64,000 bases of DNA from an uncultured Gammaproteobacteria bacterium (GTDB lineage: Bacteria > Patescibacteriota > Patescibacteriia > CAZSQN01). The stretch covers positions 11,901 through 75,900 of the forward strand of contig CAZSQN010000001.1 in assembly GCA_964609095.1 (NCBI GenBank), given 5' to 3'. The stretch's first letter is position 1. Every line of letters begins with the position of its first letter. Under the pieces are notes generated by a model, which worked only from the letters and a program-made list of their open reading frames with translations, did no database searches and was not told the origin of the DNA. The translations under genes and the position numbers were made by a program. Shown here piece after piece: positions 9,731 through 18,700 of this stretch.

Positions 9731-10491
9731 CGCAGGAAGAGAGATTCGCGCAAGTATTCAGGATGAACATAGCGCGGCGCAGCCGCACTGCCAAAGGCAA
9801 GGATGAAGGCGCCAAGACATCTTCAAAAAAGAAGCATCTACTTCTCTCCGGAGAGGAGCTCAAAAAACAGGTTGTTGTCAATACGGAAAAACTGATTGCT
9901 GATGTAGTAGCTTTGCCCATAGAGAAAATCTCTCCGAGCAAACTTCGGGAAATGGCAAACCTTTGGTTTGACATCACAACGGAAAGGCTTTGCGACCTAT
10001 CGGCATATGAAGAAGAATTTAAAACGCTTGAAGCCGCCGCCAACCGCTTTGGCCGGTCTTTGGGGACGCCAATTCAAATCAACAGGAATTACCGTCTGTG
10101 GACGCCCAAATACACAACGGCCAACATTCCTCCGCTCTGGCTTGAAAAATTTATGGACGAATTCTATTTTGATCTTTCACTCCGTATGTGCATAATGCGC
10201 GATATTTTCCCTGCCAAGGATTCAGCGGCATCCGGCGCCGCTTCTGAACAGGCAGCGCAAATCATGGCTTATGCCGATCTGATGATGGACGGAGAAATTC
10301 ATCCCTGGATTGACGGCTGCGGCAGGGTTTCCACCGCTTTGGTTATGTATATCGCACGCTACCTTCAAGCGCCTCTTCCGCTCTTTGCTCCAACCAGAGA
10401 AGAGCACTATGCTTCCATTAACGACATAGAAAAGCATACTAATTACTTTTGGGATGCCATGATGAGGGCAAAACAAGAAGTTCCAGAATAA
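9727..10491 (+). CDS. hypothetical protein with Fic/Doc-like motif (HPWIDGCGRVST)
   Basis: motif resembles Fic HPFx[DE]GNGRxxR but with Cys for Asn and lacking the terminal Arg; start overlaps upstream stop (ATGA); RBS aaggga 8 nt upstream. Confidence 0.45.
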   Translation: MTQEERFAQVFRMNIARRSRTAKGKDEGAKTSSKKKHLLLSGEELKKQVVVNTEKLIADVVALPIEKISPSKLREMANLWFDITTERLCDLSAYEEEFKTLEAAANRFGRSLGTPIQINRNYRLWTPKYTTANIPPLWLEKFMDEFYFDLSLRMCIMRDIFPAKDSAASGAASEQAAQIMAYADLMMDGEIHPWIDGCGRVSTALVMYIARYLQAPLPLFAPTREEHYASINDIEKHTNYFWDAMMRAKQEVPE

Positions 10492-10557
10492 CTTTCAAAT
10501 CTGCCTTGCAACTGCTACAATAACGGCGTTGCAAGGTTTTTTTATCCCGTTAGAGAT

Positions 10558-11175
10558 ATGACTAACGACTACAACCAAAAAAGAGAGGACGCGCTAAATT
10601 TTATAAAAAAGATTCACACCGGACAATTCCGCGCCAACAAAACCCCGGTCTGGCATCATCTTGACCGCGTGTCCAAACTTTTGGAAATTATAATGAGCGA
10701 AACAAATGAAGGAGATGAAAAAGAACGTGAAATAATCTGTCTGGCCGGATTGGGACACGATTCGCTTGAAGACACCGAGGTGTCGGAGGAAGAGCTTAAG
10801 GCATATTTTGGCGAACAAGGATTAGAGCTTATCCTTGGGATGACCAATCGTTTTGGCGACAATCATCCGGAGCCGTATGTGAAACAAATTTGTGAAAGCA
10901 ATGAGGGCGTGCGGCTGATAAAACTTTCGGATTTACAGGAAAACTGCGCGAGCGTCATTTATACGATTAAAGAATTGGGCGCAAAATGGACTGACGAATT
11001 CTTTCTTCCCATTGTCACGCCGATGATAGGAGCGATTATAAAAACAGAATTCCAAACATATCCCCAAAGCGCGGAGCGGCTTAAAAATATGGTTAGCGCC
11101 TCTTACGCCCTGCTTCTAAATGAACGCGAAAAGTTTGAAGAAAAACAAATCCAGTTAGAAGCCCCGATTTATTAA
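10558..11175 (+). CDS. RelA/SpoT-type HD-domain (p)ppGpp hydrolase (small alarmone hydrolase-like)
   Basis: HxxxRV ... LAGLGHDSLEDT ... VRLIKLSDLQEN matches the HD hydrolase signature of RelA/SpoT (LHDvvEDT, KLADRLhN). Confidence 0.75.
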   Translation: MTNDYNQKREDALNFIKKIHTGQFRANKTPVWHHLDRVSKLLEIIMSETNEGDEKEREIICLAGLGHDSLEDTEVSEEELKAYFGEQGLELILGMTNRFGDNHPEPYVKQICESNEGVRLIKLSDLQENCASVIYTIKELGAKWTDEFFLPIVTPMIGAIIKTEFQTYPQSAERLKNMVSASYALLLNEREKFEEKQIQLEAPIY

Positions 11176-11294
11176 ATCTTATTATCTTGTTCAGTAAAAT
11201 ATTCTCGGACGCGAGCTTCTAACGGGATAAATTGACCTTAAATAATCAATTTGAGATACTAAAATCGGCTCTTTGAAAAAGAAAGGCGGTAAAG

Positions 11295-12026
11295 ATGAGC
11301 ACGAGCGCGCGCCAAGCGGCTTTGGAACTGCTTTCCGAACCATTTGCCACCGTCTATGGCTTCTGCCACGCTTGCGTGATTCAAATACAAAGATTAGAGC
11401 CCAACGAAAGGATTGGATTTCTAATCTGTATTTTGGAAAACTACGGGCTTGTTCCGCTAAAGAAGACGCTGTTTATGACCGAACATCTCTTGTCGGTTGA
11501 AAAACTTGACCAACTGGAGGCCGAACAAAATCAGAATCTGGAGATATTGTACAAAGCAACAGCAACTGTTTTTCCGCCAACAGAAGAATTTGCTAAATAT
11601 TTGCTTGGGGCCATGGATGCGCATAAGACGCCGGAGGAAAAGGCACTCGTTATCAGGCATCTGATTTTGCGCCAGCTTCTGCCTTACGCGCCGGTTCTGC
11701 CTAAGGCCTCCAAATGTCTTGCCGAAACGGAGATGGAAAAAGCTTTTGAGGAGTATCCAAAAGAAGCCGCCGCGATCAAACGGCTCTTTGCCTTTGGCAC
11801 AGAGGAGCACACTTGGTGCGAGGTGGCGGAAATTCTAATGAAGATACTGGCGAAAAAACCAGACGACGCTCAGATATTGCTTTTAGCCCTTTTCCTGACC
11901 GGATTAGCTAAAAAAGTTACCGTTGAAGCGGCCAGAATAGCGCTTGAAGAATTTCTAAAAGACAACGAGGTAATGATTGTTGCGGAAGAAGACGGTTCCA
12001 AGAATCCGCCAAAAAACGGAAATTGA
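11295..12026 (+). CDS. hypothetical protein
   Basis: 243-aa ORF followed by strong terminator; no motif recognised. Confidence 0.5.
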   Translation: MSTSARQAALELLSEPFATVYGFCHACVIQIQRLEPNERIGFLICILENYGLVPLKKTLFMTEHLLSVEKLDQLEAEQNQNLEILYKATATVFPPTEEFAKYLLGAMDAHKTPEEKALVIRHLILRQLLPYAPVLPKASKCLAETEMEKAFEEYPKEAAAIKRLFAFGTEEHTWCEVAEILMKILAKKPDDAQILLLALFLTGLAKKVTVEAARIALEEFLKDNEVMIVAEEDGSKNPPKNGN

Positions 12027-12044
12027 ACAAACTAAAATCCCTCC

Positions 12045-12080
12045 TTGTTAAAGGAGGGATTATTTTTTTTGAAATTAACC
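12045..12080. terminator. rho-independent terminator (atccctccttgttaaaggagggat + T-run)
   Basis: 10-bp stem then tttttttt; between convergent genes. Confidence 0.55.
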
Positions 12081-12103
12081 GCCGGATGCCGACCGCAAAA
12101 CTT

Positions 12104-13447
12104 TTATCTTATATAACCCAAGGGATTCACGCGCCTGCCGTTGACGAAAATCTCAAAATGCAAATGAGTGCCGGTTGAGCGGCCGGTTGTTCCGGTTATG
12201 CCCAATTGCTGGCCCTTTTCCACTCTTTGTCCATCGGTAACAAAGATTTTGGAAAGGTGGGCGTATCTGGTCTGCATGCCGTCCTCGTGGTCAACAACTA
12301 CTTGATAACCGTAGCCGGTTCTTCCATAACGAACCAGCTTAACCACGCCCCCGTCAGAGGCAAGAATCGGATTGGAATAATCGCCGTCTATGTCAACGCC
12401 CGGGTGGCGCAGGCGAAAATATTGCGTAATATACCTTCCGTTGTTTGAGGAGGTGCCCAAAATAGGCCAAAGCATTTTGCCGGTTGCCAACGCGTTTGAG
12501 GCCGCGGGAACAATCAGATTCTTAACCGGCGCCGGCCTGTTTGGCGGCGGCGGCGGCGGCGGTTTGCCGTTTGGAATAATTATGACCGCCCCCGGCGAAA
12601 GTTTCTCATTCGCTTCCAGCCGATTATACGCCGTTATTTTTTCCGTATCCGCCCGGTAGGTTTGCGCGAGCTTGGCTATGGTGTCGCCCCTTTTTACGGA
12701 ATAGACAACTCCGTCAACCGGAGGAATCTTTAATTCCTGCCCGGGCTTAATATAGGAATAAGCAGACAAATTATTGGCCCAGTAAAGAGTCGTGAGCTTA
12801 AGGCCAAAGCGCGAAGCAATTCCGCCGGGCGTATCGCCGGCTTTAACCGCATATGTCTCAATTTTCGTCCTTGGCGCCGCCGAAGGAGAGGCCGATGAAA
12901 TAACCGGCTGGACAATGGCCCCGCCGCCCAAAATCAAAGCCAAAACCTCGTCCTCCTCTTCCGGCACGTAATAATCGCTGCCAAGACCCGCGCCGGAGGC
13001 AACCGCGCCCTCGCCGGCTGGCGCGCCCTGCCCGTTCTGCAGCCCGCTTTCAGAAATCAGTTCTTCCTGCTCGCCGTCCAAAAAAGAAAAAAGGATGGAC
13101 CTTCTCCCTGGTTCCGCCTCTTGGCTTTCTGTTTTGGCATAAATGCTGGAAGCGGCCACGAGCATGGAAGTGGCTAAAAGAAAAAACGGCACGGCCTGCC
13201 TGCTCCCAAGCAAAAACAGAATTTTGCGCCTGGCCGGCAGAGACACCACCTCTGCCGAATGAAAAATGCCGCGCAACAGCCGGTAAAGCGGGAAGAGGGC
13301 GAAATAAAATAAAAATTTATCAACTCTTCCGGCAATCGGAGCAAAAATACGCAAAACAAAAAAAGCGAGTCCTTTGCCCAAAAGACGAATCAGGCGAAGA
13401 ACGCGCACAAAAACCACGATAAATGTTTTTTTGACTATATTGAGCAT
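12104..13447 (-). CDS. LysM-domain M23 family metallopeptidase
   Basis: two LysM repeats (YAVKAGDTPGGIASRFG, YSVKRGDTIAKLAQTY), proline-rich linker, C-terminal M23 motifs HPGVDIDG and TGTHLHFE. Confidence 0.85.
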   Translation of the reverse strand: MLNIVKKTFIVVFVRVLRLIRLLGKGLAFFVLRIFAPIAGRVDKFLFYFALFPLYRLLRGIFHSAEVVSLPARRKILFLLGSRQAVPFFLLATSMLVAASSIYAKTESQEAEPGRRSILFSFLDGEQEELISESGLQNGQGAPAGEGAVASGAGLGSDYYVPEEEDEVLALILGGGAIVQPVISSASPSAAPRTKIETYAVKAGDTPGGIASRFGLKLTTLYWANNLSAYSYIKPGQELKIPPVDGVVYSVKRGDTIAKLAQTYRADTEKITAYNRLEANEKLSPGAVIIIPNGKPPPPPPPNRPAPVKNLIVPAASNALATGKMLWPILGTSSNNGRYITQYFRLRHPGVDIDGDYSNPILASDGGVVKLVRYGRTGYGYQVVVDHEDGMQTRYAHLSKIFVTDGQRVEKGQQLGITGTTGRSTGTHLHFEIFVNGRRVNPLGYIR

Positions 13448-13564
13448 AGCATCCGAAGAAAATCTTCAACCGCTATCTCCACAGAGAATACCCAAAAACG
13501 CGGCGGGAGTCAATCCCCCTTGCTCTAAATAGAGATTTTTGTTAATCTTCAAATATCTTAATTA

Positions 13565-13645
13565 AAGCGTTTAGCAGTTAGCGTATAGCGTTTAGTTTTT
13601 ACACTAAACCCTGAACCCTGACCGCTAAACCCCATACCCTAAAAT
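13565..13645. repeat. heptamer-repeat hairpin family copy 2 (gcgtttagcagttagcgtatagcgtttag ... ctaaaccctgaaccctgaccgctaaaccccataccctaaaat), abutting ppa ATG
   Basis: same GCGTTTA / TAAACGC and CCCTAAA heptamers as at 661-719. Confidence 0.6.
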
Positions 13646-14182
13646 ATGAATCTTTGGCACGATTTGGCTCTTGGCGATAAGGCCCCGGAAGAATTTAATG
13701 TGGTCATTGAAATCCCGCGCGGCAGTTCTAATAAATACGAAGTGGACAAGGACTCCGGCTTGATAAAATTGGACCGGGTCTTTTACAGTCCTGTTTATTA
13801 TCCAACTGATTACGGTTTTGCCCCGCAAACCTACTGGCATGACAACGACCCGCTGGATGTGATGGTTTTAACCACGCACCCGCTTCTGCCCGGCGTTATT
13901 GTTAAAGTAAGGCCGATTGGCGTAGTGCATATGGTTGACTCCGGCGACAAAGACGAAAAAGTGGTGGCCGTGGCGGTAAAAGATCCGCGTTATGCCGATA
14001 TCAAAGATATTTCCGATCTGCCAACGCATTGGACTAAAGAAATCCAAAACTTTTTTGAACATTACAAAGACCTTGAGGGCAAAAAAGTGGAAATCAACGG
14101 TTTTGAAGGCCGCGAAGCCGCGTTAAAAACAGTCAAAGAGGGAATAGCGATGTATTCGGAAAAAATAAAAAAGGAGGCCTAA
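13646..14182 (+). CDS. ppa: inorganic pyrophosphatase
   Basis: VVIEIPRGSSNKYEVDKDSG ... DPLDVMVL family I PPase signature. Confidence 0.95.
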   Translation: MNLWHDLALGDKAPEEFNVVIEIPRGSSNKYEVDKDSGLIKLDRVFYSPVYYPTDYGFAPQTYWHDNDPLDVMVLTTHPLLPGVIVKVRPIGVVHMVDSGDKDEKVVAVAVKDPRYADIKDISDLPTHWTKEIQNFFEHYKDLEGKKVEINGFEGREAALKTVKEGIAMYSEKIKKEA

Positions 14183-14275
14183 GCCGTGCACCCATTGGCC
14201 TATGACGGTTTTCGCGTCATACGAATATCCGTAACGCTCAAAAAGAGCGCCAAAGACGGAAAAAAAGAAAAACGG

Positions 14276-14491
14276 ATGGCGAATTTCTTACAAAAACGCG
14301 TTGAGGCCATTGTCAGCGGCAAAACCAATTCTCCTTATTACGAAACTATTGAGGCCATCAGGCAATATCTGAACGGATTTATAAAACAGCTTAAAGATGA
14401 CAATGTCAGCATAGACGACATATCTGTTGTCATGAAAGGCCGGGCCGGCAGAAACGGCAACTCTATTGGCACGACCATGCTTGTGCCGTAA
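14276..14491 (+). CDS. small hypothetical protein (71 aa)
   Basis: short ORF between ppa and tig, weak RBS. Confidence 0.3.
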   Translation: MANFLQKRVEAIVSGKTNSPYYETIEAIRQYLNGFIKQLKDDNVSIDDISVVMKGRAGRNGNSIGTTMLVP

Positions 14492-14585
14492 CAGCTCATT
14501 AGAACCCTCCGATAACTATCGGGGGGTTTAAATTTAAAGTTCAGAAAGTTGACACGGACGCAAAATTCTGCTATATTCTCCAAAT

Positions 14586-15869
14586 ATGCAAACCATCTTA
14601 AAAGAATTGCCAAAATCAGAAATTGAGCTGGAAATTACGCTCCAGCCGGAAGAAATTAAAACCGACATTGAGGCGGCAGCCAAACGAATTTCCGAGTCCT
14701 CAAAGATTCCCGGTTTCCGTCCCGGCCATGTTCCCTATGAAATGGTAAAAGCGCGCGTCGGGGAGATGAAAATCTGGGAAGAGGCGCTGGAGACAGCAAT
14801 TCGCCGCACTTATCATCAGGCGCTTAAAGAACACAAGCTGGCAACGGTTGGCCAGCCGTATTTTTCTGTTTTAAGTTTGGCTCCGGGAAATCCGGTCGTC
14901 TATAAAGTTAAAACGGCAATCCTGCCAAAAATTTCAAAGCTTGCCGATTACAAATCCATAAAAATAAACAAAAAAGAAATCAAGATATCTGACGCTGATA
15001 TTGACGCGGCTCTCGGGGAGCTCTCGCGCATGCAGGTGCGGGAGAAAGAAGTTGACCGCGCCGCCGCCTCCCAAGACAAAGTGATGGTGGATATGAATAT
15101 GTTTCTGGACAAAGTCCCCCTGGAGGGCGGCCAGACAAAAAATCACGGTATTTATCTGGCGGAAAATTACTATATTCCCGGCATTCAGGAAAAACTTTTG
15201 GGCATTAAAAAAGGGGAAACCAGGGAGTTTGTTTTGCCCTTTCCCAAAGAACATTATCAAAAAAATGTGGCTGGAAAAGATGTGGAATTTAGGGTAATGG
15301 CCAATTCCGTTTTAGAGCTGGAGCGTCCGGCTTTAGACGATTCGTTCGCCCAATCTTTGGGGCAAAAAACAGTGACCGACCTGCGCCGGCTTATAGGGCA
15401 GAATTTGGAAAAAGAGGCCGCGCTTAAAGAAGTTCAAAGAGAGGAGATAGAAATCCTTGAGGAGCTTGTTAGCAGGTCGTCATTTGACGAGGTCCCGGAC
15501 ATTTTAGTTAATTCGGAAATTGAACGGATGCTCCGCGAGCTTGAAGATTCCATTGCCGCCCAGGGCCTGGAGTGGAATAAATATCTTGAGGGAATAAAAA
15601 AGACCGTCCCCGAGCTTAAACTGGATTTTACCTCCCGCGCCTTAAAACGGGTTAAAATCGCGCTGATTATCAGGGAGATATCCGACCGCGAAGGCATAGA
15701 GCCGGATGACGCTGAAGTGTCGCGGGAGATTGGCCGCGCCTTGAATCAATATAAAAACGACCCCGAGGCGCAAAAAATAATCCGCGGCGAAGAGTACGCG
15801 GAAGAAGCAAGAATCGTTTCGCGAAACCGCAAAACCATTGAGTTTCTGCGCCAAACCGCTCTTAACTAA
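14586..15869 (+). CDS. tig: trigger factor
   Basis: N-terminal ribosome-binding domain with GFRPGHVP motif, central PPIase-like domain, 427 aa. Confidence 0.92.
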   Translation: MQTILKELPKSEIELEITLQPEEIKTDIEAAAKRISESSKIPGFRPGHVPYEMVKARVGEMKIWEEALETAIRRTYHQALKEHKLATVGQPYFSVLSLAPGNPVVYKVKTAILPKISKLADYKSIKINKKEIKISDADIDAALGELSRMQVREKEVDRAAASQDKVMVDMNMFLDKVPLEGGQTKNHGIYLAENYYIPGIQEKLLGIKKGETREFVLPFPKEHYQKNVAGKDVEFRVMANSVLELERPALDDSFAQSLGQKTVTDLRRLIGQNLEKEAALKEVQREEIEILEELVSRSSFDEVPDILVNSEIERMLRELEDSIAAQGLEWNKYLEGIKKTVPELKLDFTSRALKRVKIALIIREISDREGIEPDDAEVSREIGRALNQYKNDPEAQKIIRGEEYAEEARIVSRNRKTIEFLRQTALN

Positions 15870-15880
15870 TCGGACCAAAA

Positions 15881-16453
15881 ATGATTCTGACGAAAAAAAT
15901 AGACGCTAAAACCATTGAGCGGCTCAACTGCGGCGACGAACGCGCTTTAGCAACGGTATATGATTGTTTTGCCGGCCGCCTGCTGCGCCACGCCGCGCTG
16001 CGGGCTCCGGACGAAGAGACGGCCAAAGACCTGGTCCACTCGATTTTTCTTAAACTCTGGGAACATATCCGCGGCGGGGGCAAGATTTCCCATCCTCAAG
16101 CTTTTTTGTATAAAAGCCTGCATAACGCTCTTATAGACCAATACAGAATCAAAAACAGGGAAACGGAACTTCCGGAAGATGATGCTGTTTCTACTCCATT
16201 CTCCCCAGACGAAATAACGATTGAAGTTGACCGAGCTTTGGACTCCAAAGAAATAAGAAACGCGCTTCAAAAAATTCGTCCGGAATATAAAGCGGTTCTT
16301 GTGATGCGTTATATGGATGAATTGAATATGGATGAAATCAGCGAGGCGCTTGACAAAAGCAAAAATGCCTTATATGTCCTGATTCACCGGGCGACGAAAG
16401 ATTTGGCGCGGGCGCTCGTCAAAAGCAATAACGGGGAGATATCTAAGAAATAA
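15881..16453 (+). CDS. ECF-type RNA polymerase sigma-70 family factor
   Basis: sigma region 2 (LVHSIFLKLWEHI) and region 4 HTH (MDEISEALDKSKNALYVLIHRA). Confidence 0.85.
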   Translation: MILTKKIDAKTIERLNCGDERALATVYDCFAGRLLRHAALRAPDEETAKDLVHSIFLKLWEHIRGGGKISHPQAFLYKSLHNALIDQYRIKNRETELPEDDAVSTPFSPDEITIEVDRALDSKEIRNALQKIRPEYKAVLVMRYMDELNMDEISEALDKSKNALYVLIHRATKDLARALVKSNNGEISKK

Positions 16454-16459
16454 GAGAAT

Positions 16460-17689
16460 ATGGCTAAATTTACGCTAAAAAACCTATTTAACCTGCTTCA
16501 CAAAGATACGCCGGTTGACCGTGCCTGGCTTAAAGAGCAGAAGCTCTGGCTGATTAACTATGCCCAAAAAAACCCTGTAAGAAACGCGCCCCTGACTCGT
16601 CTAACCGGACGGAAGGGATTTGTTTTTCCCTTTGTCCTAAATCTTAAACGATCGCCTATGTTTGTTTCTCTTATTCTTGCGGCATCCTTAATCCTTGGAG
16701 GCGGAGGGGTTGTCGCGGCAGCGCAAAATGACCTGCCTAACGAACCGTTTTACGGCGTTAAAATCGCCAGTGAAAAAGTCAGGGTGGCGGTAACCGCAAA
16801 TACCGAAACTCGCGCCGAACTTCGCGCCCAATTTGCCAAGCGCCGCCTGAATGAAATGGCAAAAATAAGCGCTGATATAAAAATAAGCGCGGAAGCGCGG
16901 GCCATAGCAGTGGCCAAAGCGGAAGAAAATTACCGCGCCAATATGGCAGCGGCCAGCTCTGAAATTATAAAAACAGAGCCAAGCGCGACCGTCTCGGCGG
17001 AAAATTCAGCGGCTTTAAAATTAGATAATGAAGTTTCGGCGCAGGAACAATCGCTCATTCAACTGGAGGCGGAGGCGCCAAAAGAGGCAAAACAAGCCAT
17101 CCGCCGCGCTCTAATGATCGCTAATGAAACGCGCAAAACAGTTGCCGCGCTAAAAGCAGGGCTGGCGGCGGAAGCAGAGGCCAGAGCAGAATCAATGGGA
17201 ACTGCGCAAGTTCAGGCGGAGGCCGGCGGCGAAGCGGAAGTTGGCGGACAGGAGGACGCCACAAACGCGCCCCAGAGAAAAGACATCTCGCTAATAGGCG
17301 AGCGCGCCAGGACCGAAGGAAGAATTATCGCGGCTGAACACAAGCTTAAAACCTCAACAGAGGTTGTTACAAAAATTGAAGAAAAAAACGGCGTTCAAGC
17401 CGAAGCAAAAGCAAAATTAAATCTTGCCAACGAAGCTCTTATTCGAGCCAAAGCAGAATTTAAATCGCGCGATTATAAAAATGCCTGGCTAAACGCCTCG
17501 GCCTCAATAAAACTGGCAGTGGAAGCGGCTCTTATTGCCCTTAAATCAAATACAGATGTTGATCTTGGGCTTGATATCAATCAGCCGCCGAGAGTTATCC
17601 CGTTGCCCCCAAACGACAAGGTAAATATATTACCCGTGCAGAAGGCCAATATCAATCTAAGATTAGACGGCGAAGTTCAGGTTAGATAA
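16460..17689 (+). CDS. putative membrane-anchored anti-sigma factor-like protein (DUF5667-like)
   Basis: immediately downstream of ECF sigma gene; one TM helix; Ala/Glu-rich extracytoplasmic domain with NEPFYGVKIA motif. Confidence 0.5.
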   Translation: MAKFTLKNLFNLLHKDTPVDRAWLKEQKLWLINYAQKNPVRNAPLTRLTGRKGFVFPFVLNLKRSPMFVSLILAASLILGGGGVVAAAQNDLPNEPFYGVKIASEKVRVAVTANTETRAELRAQFAKRRLNEMAKISADIKISAEARAIAVAKAEENYRANMAAASSEIIKTEPSATVSAENSAALKLDNEVSAQEQSLIQLEAEAPKEAKQAIRRALMIANETRKTVAALKAGLAAEAEARAESMGTAQVQAEAGGEAEVGGQEDATNAPQRKDISLIGERARTEGRIIAAEHKLKTSTEVVTKIEEKNGVQAEAKAKLNLANEALIRAKAEFKSRDYKNAWLNASASIKLAVEAALIALKSNTDVDLGLDINQPPRVIPLPPNDKVNILPVQKANINLRLDGEVQVR

Positions 17690-17702
17690 GTGACGGATAA
17701 AC

Positions 17703-17742
17703 CAAAAAAACCTCCCCAATCAGGAGGTTTTTTGTCTATTTT
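17703..17742. terminator. bidirectional terminator (aaaaaaacctccccaatcaggaggtttttt)
   Basis: stem cctcc...ggagg flanked by A-run and T-run. Confidence 0.55.
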
Positions 17743-18019
17743 TAGCCGATTTTATTGGGTCCATGCCGCCGGCAGAAAACGGGTTGCAGCGTAAAAGGCG
17801 CCAGACGGCCATTATCCCTCCTTTTATAAGACCGCGGGCGCTTATTGCCTCGGCTGCGTATTGGGAACACGAGGGCTGGAATTTACAATAACCATAAGGA
17901 TAGAGGAATCTAAACAAGCCGTGATCAAACGAGATTGTCTTTTGATAAAGCTTAATCAGTCCCAACGCGGTTTTTATCCCTATCTGCTTAAGATAAAACG
18001 CAATTATCATACGGGGCAT
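17720..18019 (-). CDS. yidD: membrane protein insertion efficiency factor YidD
   Basis: conserved [20 protein letters not shown] ... RCNPF motif. Confidence 0.85.
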   Translation of the reverse strand: MPRMIIAFYLKQIGIKTALGLIKLYQKTISFDHGLFRFLYPYGYCKFQPSCSQYAAEAISARGLIKGGIMAVWRLLRCNPFSAGGMDPIKSAKNRQKTS

Positions 18020-18022
18020 ATT

Positions 18023-18373
18023 CTATTTTTCCGGCAGCAATAAATTCATTCTTTTAAGAGCTGTCCTTACTTCCGCTTTGATCTCGGGAAAATCAGCGAG
18101 GAGCGCGGCAGATCTAGCCGAAACAACAATATCAAATCCGCGTTTTATGCCGGGCAGTTCCGCTCGGAGCGCCTCTCTTAAACGGCGTTTGATTAAATTC
18201 CTTTTAGTGGCTCTTTTGTGGACTTTGGTGCCGCAAATAATAGCCAGCCGCGTCAAAGGCAGCTTATTGGGCCTAAATCTAAAAATGGCAATCGGCGTAG
18301 CCAAATATCTGCCCCGCTTAAAGACCTCTTCAATTTCGCGGGATTTCCGCAATCTGTTTGCCGTCGGGTACAT
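18023..18373 (-). CDS. rnpA: ribonuclease P protein component
   Basis: basic 116-aa protein, RLRKSREIEEVFKRG, directly downstream of rpmH. Confidence 0.9.
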   Translation of the reverse strand: MYPTANRLRKSREIEEVFKRGRYLATPIAIFRFRPNKLPLTRLAIICGTKVHKRATKRNLIKRRLREALRAELPGIKRGFDIVVSARSAALLADFPEIKAEVRTALKRMNLLLPEK

Positions 18374-18405
18374 AAACAGCTTTTGTTCAAACGGCCCTAA
18401 AATGA

Positions 18406-18540
18406 TTATTTCCTTCTTTTTGCCACAACTAACCGGTGCCTGCCCTTGGCTCTTCTTCGACGCAAAACATTTCTGCCTCCGAAAGTTTTCATTCGCGAAC
18501 GAAACCCGTGAACTTTGATATGTTTTCTCTTTTTAGGTTT
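18406..18540 (-). CDS. rpmH: 50S ribosomal protein L34
   Basis: translated by hand: [50 protein letters not shown]; too short for the ORF track. Confidence 0.9.
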   Translation of the reverse strand, partial: KPKKRKHIKVHGFRSRMKTFGGRNVLRRRRAKGRHRLVVAKRRK

Positions 18541-18700
18541 GTATGTCCGTTTTGGCATAAATTTATGAGGCGTTAATTGTTTAGATATTAATTATACACA
18601 TATTTTCAACAGTTTATCAACATTTTGATAAATTTTACTATATCTTCTATCTCATATATGATTGTGTTATAGTGTTTTTAGAATTCTTGAACCATCTTTT
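18541..18700. promoter_or_regulatory. rpmH-dnaA divergent intergenic region; candidate oriC / dnaA promoter
   Basis: AT-rich; near-consensus DnaA box TTATCAACA at about 18613 and TGTGTTATA nearby. Confidence 0.35.
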
